64,000 bases of DNA from a virus (lineage: Duplodnaviria; Caudoviricetes): IMG/VR virus record IMGVR_UViG_2824317532_000001, positions 1 to 64,000 of that record; one strand, 5' to 3'. Each line of letters opens with the position of its first letter. The first letter of the stretch is position 1. The notes below the pieces were generated by a model that worked only from the letters and a program-made list of their open reading frames with translations, did not search any database and had not been told where the DNA came from. Below are positions 19,114 to 28,599 of this stretch, piece after piece. Made by a program: the position numbers and the translations under genes.

Positions 19114-19457
19114 CCAACTATCTGATCTGGTCGAACAAGCAGGATGCCTGGCGGGGTCCGGGCGGCAAGGCGTACACGCAGGACATTTGGGAGGCGGGCC
19201 GGTTCAGTCTCAATGACGCCGAAGCCCGATGCCGGATCCGTGCTTGGGAGCCCCATCGGCCGCCGCCCGAGGTGGTTGTGGAGGCCCCGGAGACGCACCT
19301 TCCGCTGGACACTTTCGAGGAAATCGAGGCGGCTCCTGAACTCACCCGACGGCTGGTCCACGAGCTCACGAGGGTGGCGATGCGGGAACGTTCGGAGCAG
19401 CCGGTGTGGCCGCAGGACCGTGCCACCGATATCACCATCGTCGGCGGTGAGCCGTGA
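19110..19457 (+). CDS. hypothetical protein
   Basis: YLIWSNKQDAW..YT..EAGRFS. Confidence 0.65.
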   Translation: MTNYLIWSNKQDAWRGPGGKAYTQDIWEAGRFSLNDAEARCRIRAWEPHRPPPEVVVEAPETHLPLDTFEEIEAAPELTRRLVHELTRVAMRERSEQPVWPQDRATDITIVGGEP

Positions 19458-19672
19458 CCGGCTACACGGGTGCCGCCGGCCAACTGACGCGCCGTCAACG
19501 GCAGGTCCTCGACCAGGTGGCGGCGGGTTTCACCAGGCGGGAGATCGCTGTCCGGCTCGGCATCAGCCCCGAGACCGTGAAACGGCATATCGAGGACATC
19601 CTCGCCCGCATGGACGCCCGGAACGCGGCACAAGCCGTGGCGAAGGCACGCCGGGCAGGAGCCCTGTCGTGA
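19454..19672 (+). CDS. stand-alone LuxR-type HTH protein 1
   Basis: LTRRQRQVLDQVAAGFTRREIAVRLGISPETVKRH. Confidence 0.88.
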   Translation: MTGYTGAAGQLTRRQRQVLDQVAAGFTRREIAVRLGISPETVKRHIEDILARMDARNAAQAVAKARRAGALS

Positions 19673-19911
19673 ACGGCTACTTCCCGAACCGCACCGTCCC
19701 ACTGCCGCAGCGATCGATCAGCCTCACCGTCCGCGAAGCGCAGATCCTCGCCCTGATCGCGGACGGCACATCCAACGCGGCGATCGCCCAGCGGCTGTAC
19801 ATCACCGTCGACACCGTCAAGACGTACAACAGGCGGATCTTCCGCAAGCTCAACGCCAACGACCGGGCACACGCCGTCGCGCAAGCCTTCCGGGCCGGGG
19901 TGCTGCAGTGA
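19669..19911 (+). CDS. stand-alone LuxR-type HTH protein 2
   Basis: LTVREAQILALIADGTSNAAIAQRLYITVDTVKTY..RAHAVA. Confidence 0.88.
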   Translation: MNGYFPNRTVPLPQRSISLTVREAQILALIADGTSNAAIAQRLYITVDTVKTYNRRIFRKLNANDRAHAVAQAFRAGVLQ

Positions 19912-20144
19912 GCGATTTCTACGCCCGCCCCGCGCCGCTACCGGTACCGCCGCGTCTGTCGCCGCAGCAGGCCCAAATCCTGTATCTGATCGCGGAGGGC
20001 CACTGCAACAAGGAGATCGCCGCCGCCTGTAACACCAGCCTGTTCACCGTGCACGAGCAGACGAAACGCCTCTACTGGCGGCTCGGTGCCAAGAACAGAA
20101 CGCATGCGGTCACCCGCGCGTTCCGGGTGGGGCTGCTGCGATGA
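19908..20144 (+). CDS. stand-alone LuxR-type HTH protein 3
   Basis: LSPQQAQILYLIAEGHCNKEIA..LGAKNRTHAV. Confidence 0.88.
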   Translation: MSDFYARPAPLPVPPRLSPQQAQILYLIAEGHCNKEIAAACNTSLFTVHEQTKRLYWRLGAKNRTHAVTRAFRVGLLR

Positions 20145-20320
20145 CCAGCCGCAACCAGCGCTGGCAGGTCGTCCGCCTCGCGGACGGCACCGTCCGGGCG
20201 TGCTGCACCCACCGCTCCCAGACGATCGCCGCCTGGTGCACCACCTGGCGCAACAGGTTCCGGCCGTGGTGGGAGATGACCGGGCCGCGACACGACATCC
20301 GACAGGAGAACCGCCGATGA
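20141..20320 (+). CDS. small hypothetical protein
   Basis: MTSRNQRWQVV..., ATGA overlaps at both ends; absent from ORF track. Confidence 0.5.
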   Translation: MTSRNQRWQVVRLADGTVRACCTHRSQTIAAWCTTWRNRFRPWWEMTGPRHDIRQENRR

Positions 20321-20559
20321 CTGATACCCCTGCCCCCACCTACCAGCGCGTCGGACACTACACGGTGCAGATCGGCGGGCACGCCTTCGAGATCGGCTAC
20401 CTCGACGAAGCGATCGGCCTGTTCCAGCGGCTGAAACTGACGCACTCGGAAACCGACGCCACCCTCAACCTCGTCGCATGGGCGGGTCGCAGCGGCCCGG
20501 ACGGCGGGCCACCGACCGGCTACATCCTCGACCAGCACACCTGGGGCCACGATGCCTGA
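20317..20559 (+). CDS. hypothetical protein
   Basis: AGGAG RBS. Confidence 0.55.
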   Translation: MTDTPAPTYQRVGHYTVQIGGHAFEIGYLDEAIGLFQRLKLTHSETDATLNLVAWAGRSGPDGGPPTGYILDQHTWGHDA

Positions 20560-20920
20560 CCTCGACCGGCTCCCGCCCACCCAGCAGCTGATCCTCGACA
20601 CGCTCGCCGCCCGTTATCGGCTCGGCGAACAGGTGTGGACGTTCTCCACTGTCCACGGCAAGGCTCTACGTGCCCTTGAACAAGCCGGGCTCGTAACGCT
20701 GCTCAATGGGATCGTCGAGCACTCCACCCGCGCCCGCCTCACCGAGGCTGGCAAGGCTGCGGTGTTGTCCGGCGACTACCAGCCACCCAACGGCGGCATC
20801 GACCGGTTGCGGGCCGCACTCACTGACATCGCCGAACACGCCGAAGCCCGCGCCCACTACCTCGGCATGGAGCCGATCGCGGTCATCGCGCGGCAGGCAC
20901 TCGAAAGCGGGCCGGCATGA
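20552..20920 (+). CDS. winged-helix-like hypothetical protein
   Basis: LPPTQQLILDTL..LRALEQAGLV..RLTEAG. Confidence 0.6.
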   Translation: MPDLDRLPPTQQLILDTLAARYRLGEQVWTFSTVHGKALRALEQAGLVTLLNGIVEHSTRARLTEAGKAAVLSGDYQPPNGGIDRLRAALTDIAEHAEARAHYLGMEPIAVIARQALESGPA

Positions 20921-21273
20921 GGGCATGGAGTAGAGCGTTCACCTGGACGGCCTACTCGGCCGCCATCGGCGCGGTCACGTTGACGCCGCTGATGGGCTTC
21001 GTCGTCGGCGACAGGAAGCCGTCGGCTTCCGCCACGGCGTTGCAGATGCTCATCGCGGTCCTGCTGATGCTCGTCTCATTGACCCTAACCATCATCGATC
21101 GGCGCCGTCGCGCCTTGGCGTTTCACCGTCGGGCTGCGGCTTTGGCCGCTACGCGTGATGCCGGCGCCGAGTTCGCGGCAGCCCGCAAGCAGGCACATGA
21201 TGCCGGGTTGCCCTGGGTTGAGGCTGACGGATCCATTTCATGGTCGGCTCACGCCTGGGGGAACACGCCATGA
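20917..21273 (+). CDS. two-TM membrane protein
   Basis: Two hydrophobic helices. Confidence 0.6.
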   Translation: MRAWSRAFTWTAYSAAIGAVTLTPLMGFVVGDRKPSASATALQMLIAVLLMLVSLTLTIIDRRRRALAFHRRAAALAATRDAGAEFAAARKQAHDAGLPWVEADGSISWSAHAWGNTP

Positions 21274-21509
21274 CTGACTTCCCGTACGTGTGGACGTGGC
21301 GGTGGCGGACCTGGCAACTGCCGAGCGTCACCGCACGGGTGCCGTGGTTCGGTGACGGTGTCGACCGGGCCGGCATGCGCTGCCAGGTGGTTACGCGGGG
21401 TGGCATGAACTCGGCGCTGGTGCGGTTCGCCGACGGCAGCGAGTTCGTGACCTCACGGGGCGGATTACGGCGCGCGCCAGAAATTGCCACGACAACGCAT
21501 TGTTCTTGA
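21270..21509 (+). CDS. hypothetical protein
   Basis: RAGMRCQVVTRGGMNSALVRFADG. Confidence 0.6.
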   Translation: MTDFPYVWTWRWRTWQLPSVTARVPWFGDGVDRAGMRCQVVTRGGMNSALVRFADGSEFVTSRGGLRRAPEIATTTHCS

Positions 21510-21690
21510 TCCGCTACAGCATTCGGGAATGCAATATCAACACCCGAAAGATAAGGCGCGGGAAGATGATGAAATCGAACGCCTGGACTAAGATAAAAAG
21601 ACGCGCGGCCAACGGTGTTGGAGCACCGAAGACCGCGCTAACCCGCACCTCACCATCCCGTTCTGCAACAACGGAAGGGAGGTCCAGGCT

Positions 21691-21798
21691 GTGTTGAAGC
21701 CTAGGACTCCATCGTACGCCACGTCAGGTGGCCATGCCGCCACAGAAGACGGACCTTCTGTCCCGAAGCCGACCTTCTCGGTGGTGATTCGCCCGTGA
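21691..21798 (+). CDS. putative leader peptide coupled to rep gene (35 aa)
   Basis: GGGAGG RBS, GTG at 21691, TGA overlapping rep start (GTGA 21795-21798). Confidence 0.45.
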   Translation: MLKPRTPSYATSGGHAATEDGPSVPKPTFSVVIRP

Positions 21799-22712
21799 CC
21801 TGGTTCAAGGTCGATGACGGCCTGCACTCACATCGAAAGGCCGTCCGCGCCGGCATCCCCGCGATGGGCCTGTGGGTGATGGCGGGATCGTGGTGCGCCG
21901 ACAACCTCAGCGACGGGTTCATCCCTGACTACATGGCCGCACGCCTCGACACGAACTATGAGCAAAACGCCGAATGTCTCGTTAGCGCCGGACTCTGGGT
22001 TGTAGCCGGAAAGGACGGCGACAGCGGATGGCAGTTCCACCAGTGGGTGGACCAGCAGCCGACCGCCGAATCGGTCCTTGAGAAACGCGCAGAGGCCAAA
22101 GAGAGAATGCAGCGGGTTCGCGCGTCACGCAAAGCGAACAAAGAGGCGAACGCCATGATGAACGAACCTGCTAACACCTCTGACGGTTCGCCGCCTGTTC
22201 GCGCGAACAATGAGCGAACTTCGGCCGAAGTTCGCTCTGCCCCGACCCGACCCGACCCGACCACTTCTTCTAACGAAGAAGTATTTGGGTCGCCTCCGGC
22301 TCCCGACGATGACGACCTCGGCGGAGACGACACCACCAAGAAGGGCACCCGCATCCCCGACAACTTCGCTGTCACCCCCGAGATGGTCAAGTGGGCTGGA
22401 CGTAAGTGCCCCGACATTGACGGACGCACCGAGACAGAGAAGTTCGTCCGGTACTGGAAAACCAAGCCCGGTAAGGATGCACTCAAGCTGAGCTGGAAGC
22501 GGACCTGGCAGAACTGGATGACCTCTGCCCAGCAGCAACTCAACAACCGTCAGAAGAGCCGCATGTCCGGCGGGCTGGGAGCCGAATCGAACGCGCCAAA
22601 GGCCATCCCTGCTGGCGAGAAGTGCTCCCGGCATCCGTCCTACCGGGCCGGAACCTGCGGACCTTGCCGATCAGAATCGCTCGTCAACCGAAAGGCTGGA
22701 AGCGCAGCATGA
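21795..22712 (+). CDS. phage replication initiator / replisome organizer
   Basis: WFKVDD..H..K..AMGLWV..SW..DGFIP N-terminus; DnaT-like IPDNF..W..ETEKFVRYW..W..TWQNW; precedes DnaB. Confidence 0.8.
   Translation: MTWFKVDDGLHSHRKAVRAGIPAMGLWVMAGSWCADNLSDGFIPDYMAARLDTNYEQNAECLVSAGLWVVAGKDGDSGWQFHQWVDQQPTAESVLEKRAEAKERMQRVRASRKANKEANAMMNEPANTSDGSPPVRANNERTSAEVRSAPTRPDPTTSSNEEVFGSPPAPDDDDLGGDDTTKKGTRIPDNFAVTPEMVKWAGRKCPDIDGRTETEKFVRYWKTKPGKDALKLSWKRTWQNWMTSAQQQLNNRQKSRMSGGLGAESNAPKAIPAGEKCSRHPSYRAGTCGPCRSESLVNRKAGSAA
22116..22286. repeat. putative replication origin (iterons inside rep gene)
   Basis: Clustered GCGAAC/GTTCGC motifs, perfect 26-bp palindrome at 22212-22237, (CCCGA)x4, AT-rich hairpin. 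Confidence 0.65.
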
Positions 22713-24085
22713 GCATCCCCACCCAGCCCACCCGGCACCTGCAAGCCGTCGAGGACGTCGACTGGTCCAAACACCCCATGTCCGACCTCGCCGCCGAACA
22801 AGCCGTGCTCGGCATGATGATGACCTCCCCCAAAGCCATCGACGAGGTCATCGACCACGTTGCCGGCCGCGACTTCGCCGACAACCGGCACGTCACCCTG
22901 TTCCACACCCTGGTCCTCATGTGGGGCGACAACATCCCCAGCGACCCCACCCTCGTTGCCCGGCAACTCGACACCAACGGCGACCTACTCCGCGTCGGCG
23001 GCGTGCCCTACCTGCACACCCTCACCGAGAAGATCCCCACCACCACCGGAACACCCCGCTACCACGCACGAATCGTCGCCGACTGGGCGAAACGCCGACG
23101 CGTCCGCGAAGCCGGACTCCGGATCGTGCACACCTCACAAACCCTCGACAAGACCGTCGACGAAGTAATCGACGCCGCACAGCAGGACATCCACGCCGCC
23201 ACCGTCAGCCAATCCCCCGGCAACCTGCTCGCCTACAACGACTTCCACGACGGCGAACTCGACCACCTGGAGAAACTCATGAACGGAGAAGTCCGCCGCG
23301 GCATGTCCACCGGACTCGGCACCCTCGACGACCTGATCGGCGGATTCCTACCCGGACAACTCGTAGTCCCCGCCGGACGCCCCGGAATGGGCAAGTCGAC
23401 ATGCGGCCTCGGGTTCGCCATCGCCGCCGCCCGCCGCGGGATCCCCGCCCTCATCTACAGCCTCGAAATGTCCCGCCGCGAACTCACCTGGAGGCTACTG
23501 TCCGCCGTCGGCGGCATCGACCTGGGCGCCTTCACCACCGGCCGACTCACCCCCGACCAGCACGACAAAGCCAAGAAGGCATCCAAGACGATCGCCGGAT
23601 GGCCGCTGCACATCGACGACCAAACCCACACCGTCGCCGACATCCGCACCTCAGCCCGCCGGTTCCGGCAGCGCCACAATGGACTCGGCCTCGTCTTCGT
23701 CGACTATCTGCAACGCCTTCGGACCACCACGAAACACGACCGCCGTGACCTTGAGGTCGGCCGCAACGCTTCCGACCTGAAAACCCTCGGGCAGGAACTC
23801 GAAGCCACCATGGTCGTGCCCGCACAGCTCAACCGCGGCCCGGAAAGCCGCACCGACAAGCGTCCTCAACTGTCGGACTTGCGTGACTCGGGCGAGATCG
23901 AGCAGGAAGCCGACATCGTCATCCTGCTGCACCGCGACGACTACTACGACAAGGAAAGCCCGCGCGCAGGCGAGGCCGACTTCATCGTCGCCAAGTATCG
24001 CAACGGCCCCACCGACACCGTCACCGTCGCCGCCCAACTGCACCTGTCCCGGTTCACCGACTTCGGCATCGGCGGTGACCGCTGA
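22709..24085 (+). CDS. dnaB: replicative DNA helicase
   Basis: AEQAVLG, GRPGMGKS Walker A, SLEMS, VDYLQ, QLNRGPESRTDKRPQLSDLRDSGEIEQEAD. Confidence 0.95.
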   Translation: MSIPTQPTRHLQAVEDVDWSKHPMSDLAAEQAVLGMMMTSPKAIDEVIDHVAGRDFADNRHVTLFHTLVLMWGDNIPSDPTLVARQLDTNGDLLRVGGVPYLHTLTEKIPTTTGTPRYHARIVADWAKRRRVREAGLRIVHTSQTLDKTVDEVIDAAQQDIHAATVSQSPGNLLAYNDFHDGELDHLEKLMNGEVRRGMSTGLGTLDDLIGGFLPGQLVVPAGRPGMGKSTCGLGFAIAAARRGIPALIYSLEMSRRELTWRLLSAVGGIDLGAFTTGRLTPDQHDKAKKASKTIAGWPLHIDDQTHTVADIRTSARRFRQRHNGLGLVFVDYLQRLRTTTKHDRRDLEVGRNASDLKTLGQELEATMVVPAQLNRGPESRTDKRPQLSDLRDSGEIEQEADIVILLHRDDYYDKESPRAGEADFIVAKYRNGPTDTVTVAAQLHLSRFTDFGIGGDR

Positions 24086-24086
24086 C

Positions 24087-24875
24087 ATGGGGACGCTAAC
24101 CGTCCACAACGCGGAGATCCGCACAGCCACCGTTGAGGTGAAGACCCTGACCATCTCGGGCCGGCAGGTCACCCAGGCCGTGTTCAAACAGCTCCCCGAT
24201 CGGCAACTCGTCAACGACGACGGGAGGCTTAACGGCCAGCCGTGGGGCCGAGTCAACTACCACCCGGACAAATGCGCCGACGACGAGAAGCACCTGCATG
24301 TCGTCTGGCAACGCGGCAAGGAGCTGTTGCGGTCTCGCGTTGATGTCGTTGTCACCTATCCTCGCTGGATTCGCGTTGACGCTGCATCCGGCTGGCTGAA
24401 CGCGAAGGTACGCGACGACGCCGCCAACACGCTGACAGGGTGGCGGCCGATGAGCGACGAGTTCACGAAGACGTTCCTCGGCGTCAAAGTGCATATGGTC
24501 ATGAGTCATGAGGCAGCAATGGTCACCCTGGCACGGCAACGGGTAGAAAGCACGCGCCGCGACATTGCCGCTCACGGCCCAGCCCACCTGGTGTGCGGGC
24601 CGTCCGCGAAGGCCGACATCCCCGCGGCTGGATCCGGCCGATCAGCGGCAATGGCTGCGGCACGTGCAGCAGCCCGTCGAGTTCGCGCAGATTCGGCGCT
24701 GGCCGCCTTCCAAGATGAGCTTGAGAAGGCACTGGCGGCAATGCCGGTGATCTCACTGGCCGACGCCGAAGAGAAGTTGCTCGCGGAGGTCCGAACAGAG
24801 GCCGACCGGCGCCGTCGTCATCAGGATGTACGCACGGCACTCGCCGATCTACCGCAACTGTTCATCGCTGTCTGA
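24087..24875 (+). CDS. hypothetical protein
   Basis: TATVEVKTLTISGRQVTQAVFKQL..LPQLFIAV. Confidence 0.7.
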   Translation: MGTLTVHNAEIRTATVEVKTLTISGRQVTQAVFKQLPDRQLVNDDGRLNGQPWGRVNYHPDKCADDEKHLHVVWQRGKELLRSRVDVVVTYPRWIRVDAASGWLNAKVRDDAANTLTGWRPMSDEFTKTFLGVKVHMVMSHEAAMVTLARQRVESTRRDIAAHGPAHLVCGPSAKADIPAAGSGRSAAMAAARAAARRVRADSALAAFQDELEKALAAMPVISLADAEEKLLAEVRTEADRRRRHQDVRTALADLPQLFIAV

Positions 24876-24956
24876 CCTGCTGGACGGGCAGCGGAACGCT
24901 GGAATCGCTCCGCTGCCCACCCCGATTCTGCCCCACACCCGAGGAAGGAACACCGC

Positions 24957-25304
24957 ATGACCACCACAACACACTTGCCCGCTGGCATCACCGAACTCAC
25001 CGAACCCTGCTGGGAGACACCAAACGACGACGAAACCCACTACCCCGACCAGGACACCGCCCTCGAAGCGATCGAAGACGACGAGGACCGCCACAAAGGC
25101 ACCAGTCCCACGCTGAGGCTGGGACGCTGCTGGACCGCGCAAGCTGCCTGCGGCAAGTGGGTTGATGCCGACCAGTTCGGAATCGGGCACCACCTGACCG
25201 CTGCGGATGCGCTCGCCGCAGCTCTTGAGGCTGACTTTCAAGTCGTCGACGACGTTCTACGTTGTGAGGACGGCGAATTCTGCAAGTCGAGGCAGGAGCT
25301 GTGA
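24957..25304 (+). CDS. hypothetical protein
   Basis: AAGGA RBS. Confidence 0.6.
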   Translation: MTTTTHLPAGITELTEPCWETPNDDETHYPDQDTALEAIEDDEDRHKGTSPTLRLGRCWTAQAACGKWVDADQFGIGHHLTAADALAAALEADFQVVDDVLRCEDGEFCKSRQEL

Positions 25305-25591
25305 CCGACACCGACGCGCCGAACCCGTCGGTGTACGAGCCGTTCAACACGTTCATCTGCGGCTCCGGCGGCTGCAACACCACCACGAACCACCTTGCCA
25401 AGCCCGAGCGGGAGATCGCCGGGAACTTCCTCGAAGATATCGGCTCCTGGATGACCGCCCTCGAACGGGAACAAGCGCCAGCCCGCATCATGCTGCCCGT
25501 CCGCGCGGCCTACGACGCCGCCCTGTGGTGGGTGACCGAACTCGACAAGCCGCGGCCGAAGCCGGCCAACAACCCGAGGAGCGCCGGATGA
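25301..25591 (+). CDS. hypothetical protein
   Basis: GTGA overlap. Confidence 0.6.
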   Translation: MTDTDAPNPSVYEPFNTFICGSGGCNTTTNHLAKPEREIAGNFLEDIGSWMTALEREQAPARIMLPVRAAYDAALWWVTELDKPRPKPANNPRSAG

Positions 25592-25908
25592 CCGACGAGC
25601 CAATGACCGTCGATTCCCACGCCCACATCGCCAGCATGGCCGGCGCTGGTCGTGCACGAAGGGGGATGGCGATGACCTACCGCATCGAACGGGACGTCGC
25701 GCTCATGCGGGAAGGCGGCCCTCCTGGCGACAGCGAGCTCGTAGCGGTCGTCGTGAACGGCGACGAACACCTCGCCGAACGCATCCGTGACCTGCTCAAC
25801 CAGCACCCGCCCACCCACAACTGGCACGACGGCGACTGCTCAACGACGCACTGCTACCGGTACACGTGCACACCTCACCCGGCAACCGACGATGCGGAGG
25901 ACACGTGA
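25588..25908 (+). CDS. hypothetical protein
   Basis: ATGA overlap. Confidence 0.55.
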   Translation: MTDEPMTVDSHAHIASMAGAGRARRGMAMTYRIERDVALMREGGPPGDSELVAVVVNGDEHLAERIRDLLNQHPPTHNWHDGDCSTTHCYRYTCTPHPATDDAEDT

Positions 25909-26093
25909 CCGTCTGGGTTCTGGTCTCCGCCGACGAGTGGACCGTCATGTCAGTCGCCGAAACCGCTGACGCCGCCAAGGTGGTCGCTGAACGTGATGCC
26001 GAAGAGGCACTTGCCTGGCGGCTCGACAGGAAGGGCAAGTACGTCAGTGGCAAGTGGGCGTACGAGATCCGGCCGTTCGAGGTGATCGCATGA
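25905..26093 (+). CDS. hypothetical protein
   Basis: GGAGG RBS, GTGA overlap. Confidence 0.55.
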   Translation: MTVWVLVSADEWTVMSVAETADAAKVVAERDAEEALAWRLDRKGKYVSGKWAYEIRPFEVIA

Positions 26094-26464
26094 TCTACCG
26101 GGTGGGTAACCACTGGAACAACCAGACCATCATCCTGACCGGCACCCAGCCTCCAGACGCCGACGGGCGCCGCCCGGACGACAAACTCATCGTGTACGTC
26201 GACTCTGCCGCGCCGACCGGGACAGCCGAACGGATCTGCGCGCTGCTGAACGCCGACGACGAGGCAATCCGGCAGCGGGACGAGGCAGCATTGCAGGCAA
26301 ATCTCGGCCGCCTGCCTCCGGACGGGCGGCCCGGCCCACCGTCGGTGGAGCCGTACGACCAGCTACTCAAACGACGCTGCAGTTGGTGCGAGGCCGAAGG
26401 CGAAATCTGCCCGGTGCACAGGGATATGGCAGACACCTCACCCGACGAATGGACGGACGCGTGA
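26090..26464 (+). CDS. hypothetical protein
   Basis: YRVGNHW..AERICALLN..CxxC. Confidence 0.6.
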   Translation: MIYRVGNHWNNQTIILTGTQPPDADGRRPDDKLIVYVDSAAPTGTAERICALLNADDEAIRQRDEAALQANLGRLPPDGRPGPPSVEPYDQLLKRRCSWCEAEGEICPVHRDMADTSPDEWTDA

Positions 26465-26634
26465 TGGAACTCGAAGACCAGCACCGGTTCCAGGTCGAAG
26501 GCGTGGCCAGCGCCGGCGGCGCCCAGATCCTGTTGTCCTGCGACCGATGCCCCTGGACTGCGGTGCTCGACGACCCAATTAGCTTCGCCGACCTCAACCA
26601 GCGGGCTGCCGAGCATACGGAGGTGTGCCAGTGA
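26461..26634 (+). CDS. small Zn-finger-like protein
   Basis: LSCDRC..AAEHTEVC. Confidence 0.55.
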   Translation: MMELEDQHRFQVEGVASAGGAQILLSCDRCPWTAVLDDPISFADLNQRAAEHTEVCQ

Positions 26635-27233
26635 CCGCCGACTTCGTTCTCGCCGGCACCGGCTCTCGGTCGCTGCGTGTCGCGCCGCATGAAGTGCAGG
26701 TGGAGGCGATGCACCGCTGCACCGAGGCGGTCGCGGCCCGGGTGCTCGAGCATGGGAGCCGCCTGGTCGTCATGTCCGGCGCCGCTGAGGGTTGGGACGA
26801 GCTCCTGGCCCGCGTCGCGATCCGGCTCGGAGTACGCCTGCACCTGATGCTCCCGTCCCGGTCGTACGCGGCGTACTACTGGGGCCGGGCATCCGTGCTC
26901 GAGCGGGACCGCACCGCGGAGTTCGCTGAGATCCAGGCGGCGGCGTGGAAGGTCACGTTTGTGGCCGAGCAGATCCTCGGCACCACAGCGCTCAAGGTCG
27001 ACGGGCTGCACATCAACTTCCACCGCAACCTGATCATGGTGGAGACGGCAGACTCGTTTGTCGTGTGGGACCCGACCAGCCGCGGCACCGCGCACTGCGT
27101 AGAGGCGATCCGGCGGGCCGGGAAGTGGCGCGACGACATGGTCCTCGGCCCCGGCCCGCTCAGCGACCAACAAACCCTGCCGATCGGTACCGTTAGCGGG
27201 ACGCACCGGCCGGCGGAAGCAATGCGTCACTGA
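26631..27233 (+). CDS. SLOG-superfamily (YspA/DUF2493-like) nucleotide-binding protein
   Basis: LAGTGSR, VMSGAAEGWD, RNLIMV..AD..VVWD..SRGTAHCV. Confidence 0.8.
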   Translation: MTADFVLAGTGSRSLRVAPHEVQVEAMHRCTEAVAARVLEHGSRLVVMSGAAEGWDELLARVAIRLGVRLHLMLPSRSYAAYYWGRASVLERDRTAEFAEIQAAAWKVTFVAEQILGTTALKVDGLHINFHRNLIMVETADSFVVWDPTSRGTAHCVEAIRRAGKWRDDMVLGPGPLSDQQTLPIGTVSGTHRPAEAMRH

Positions 27234-27282
27234 TGGTCATCACGCACCCACCGGCCGGGCGCCACCGCGCACCAATGAGCCG

Positions 27283-27510
27283 ATGAACGTCGAAACCCGG
27301 CTGTGTAGACGCTGCTGGCGACTCGCACGCGCAGACCGCATGATCCAGGGATACGGCAGCGACTGCGCCACCCAGCTAGGCCTCACCGGAACCACCACCG
27401 ACACCGGACACCACGGCCCAAACCTGCTCGACCTGCTAGCGGACGCCGTCACCCAAGCGGGCGGCGAGACACCGCCACACCAGCAAACCCGTGGCACACT
27501 TCGGCCGTGA
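27283..27510 (+). CDS. DUF6011-like Zn-binding protein
   Basis: CRRCWRL..GYGSDCA. Confidence 0.55.
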   Translation: MNVETRLCRRCWRLARADRMIQGYGSDCATQLGLTGTTTDTGHHGPNLLDLLADAVTQAGGETPPHQQTRGTLRP

Positions 27511-27617
27511 CCTGCCGCTGCCGCCCCTGGCCCACCCGCCGCCGGACCACACGCCCTACAGCGTTCGACGACCCGTGGGCCGACTACTGGACCTGATCGC
27601 GCCGAAAGGACACCGAG

Positions 27618-28472
27618 TTGGCCCGCGACATCCTCGACCGCCTAGACGCTGCAATCGACGGCCTCTGCCCGTGCGGCGCCGAACCCCGCGAAGGCTCCGC
27701 CTACTGCGGCTACGACTGCGAACCCACCCACCGCGCAGTCCACACCATCAGCGACACCGACGGCACCCAGATGCGGTGGCGGCCCGACCTGGTAACCGCA
27801 TTCGACGACAGCGACCTCCACGACCTCGGCACCATGACTTGGTACACCGGCGCCGCCAACGCCAGCCTCTACCAGCGCGGCATCCCGCACCGCGGCCAGA
27901 CGACAACCTGGCATCTACGCCTCGACGACGGACACCGCTACGTCGGCCTCGACCTGGCCTTCGACGACACCGTGGACGTGCTCGCCGACGACCATGTACG
28001 CCGCATGACCGACGCCTGGACCCGACTCGAACGCGAACTCGGCAACCAGCGGCACACCGAACCCGCCCACCGGAACATCAGCGCATGGGACATCTGGCAT
28101 CGTCAGCGCCAGGAAGACCGTGCAGCCCGTTACGCACGAGACGAACAGCGGATCTGCGACTGGCTGCGCGCCAACCACCTCGACCCCAACGTGATTCCCG
28201 CCGCCTCTGCCATCCGAATCCACGACGGGCAGATCACTGTCAACGTCTGGGTCCGCGGTGACGAGGGCGAACTCCAGATCCACGACGGCGAACCCGTCAC
28301 CCGGCCACACACTGTGCCACTCGCCCAGCCGTGGCCAGACGGACTGGACTACGACGGACTCGACATCCAGCCGGCCAGGTTCAACAGCACGCTCGCCGCC
28401 TGGTTCATCGCCGACCGGTTCGCCGCCCGCGTCGTCAACGCGCGCGACTTCTTCCGCATCACCAGCACCTGA
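27618..28472 (+). CDS. hypothetical protein
   Basis: DILDRLDAAIDGLCPCG..YCGYDC; AAGGA RBS. Confidence 0.65.
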   Translation: MARDILDRLDAAIDGLCPCGAEPREGSAYCGYDCEPTHRAVHTISDTDGTQMRWRPDLVTAFDDSDLHDLGTMTWYTGAANASLYQRGIPHRGQTTTWHLRLDDGHRYVGLDLAFDDTVDVLADDHVRRMTDAWTRLERELGNQRHTEPAHRNISAWDIWHRQRQEDRAARYARDEQRICDWLRANHLDPNVIPAASAIRIHDGQITVNVWVRGDEGELQIHDGEPVTRPHTVPLAQPWPDGLDYDGLDIQPARFNSTLAAWFIADRFAARVVNARDFFRITST

Positions 28473-28599
28473 ACGCGAACGGCGCCGGGGCTGAACCACC
28501 CGACGCCGTCCACCATCCACCGCGCCCACCTGTAGACGCAACCGCCCGATGCGATCACCGGAACCGTACCCGCGACACGGCCCCGAGGTGATCACCCTG

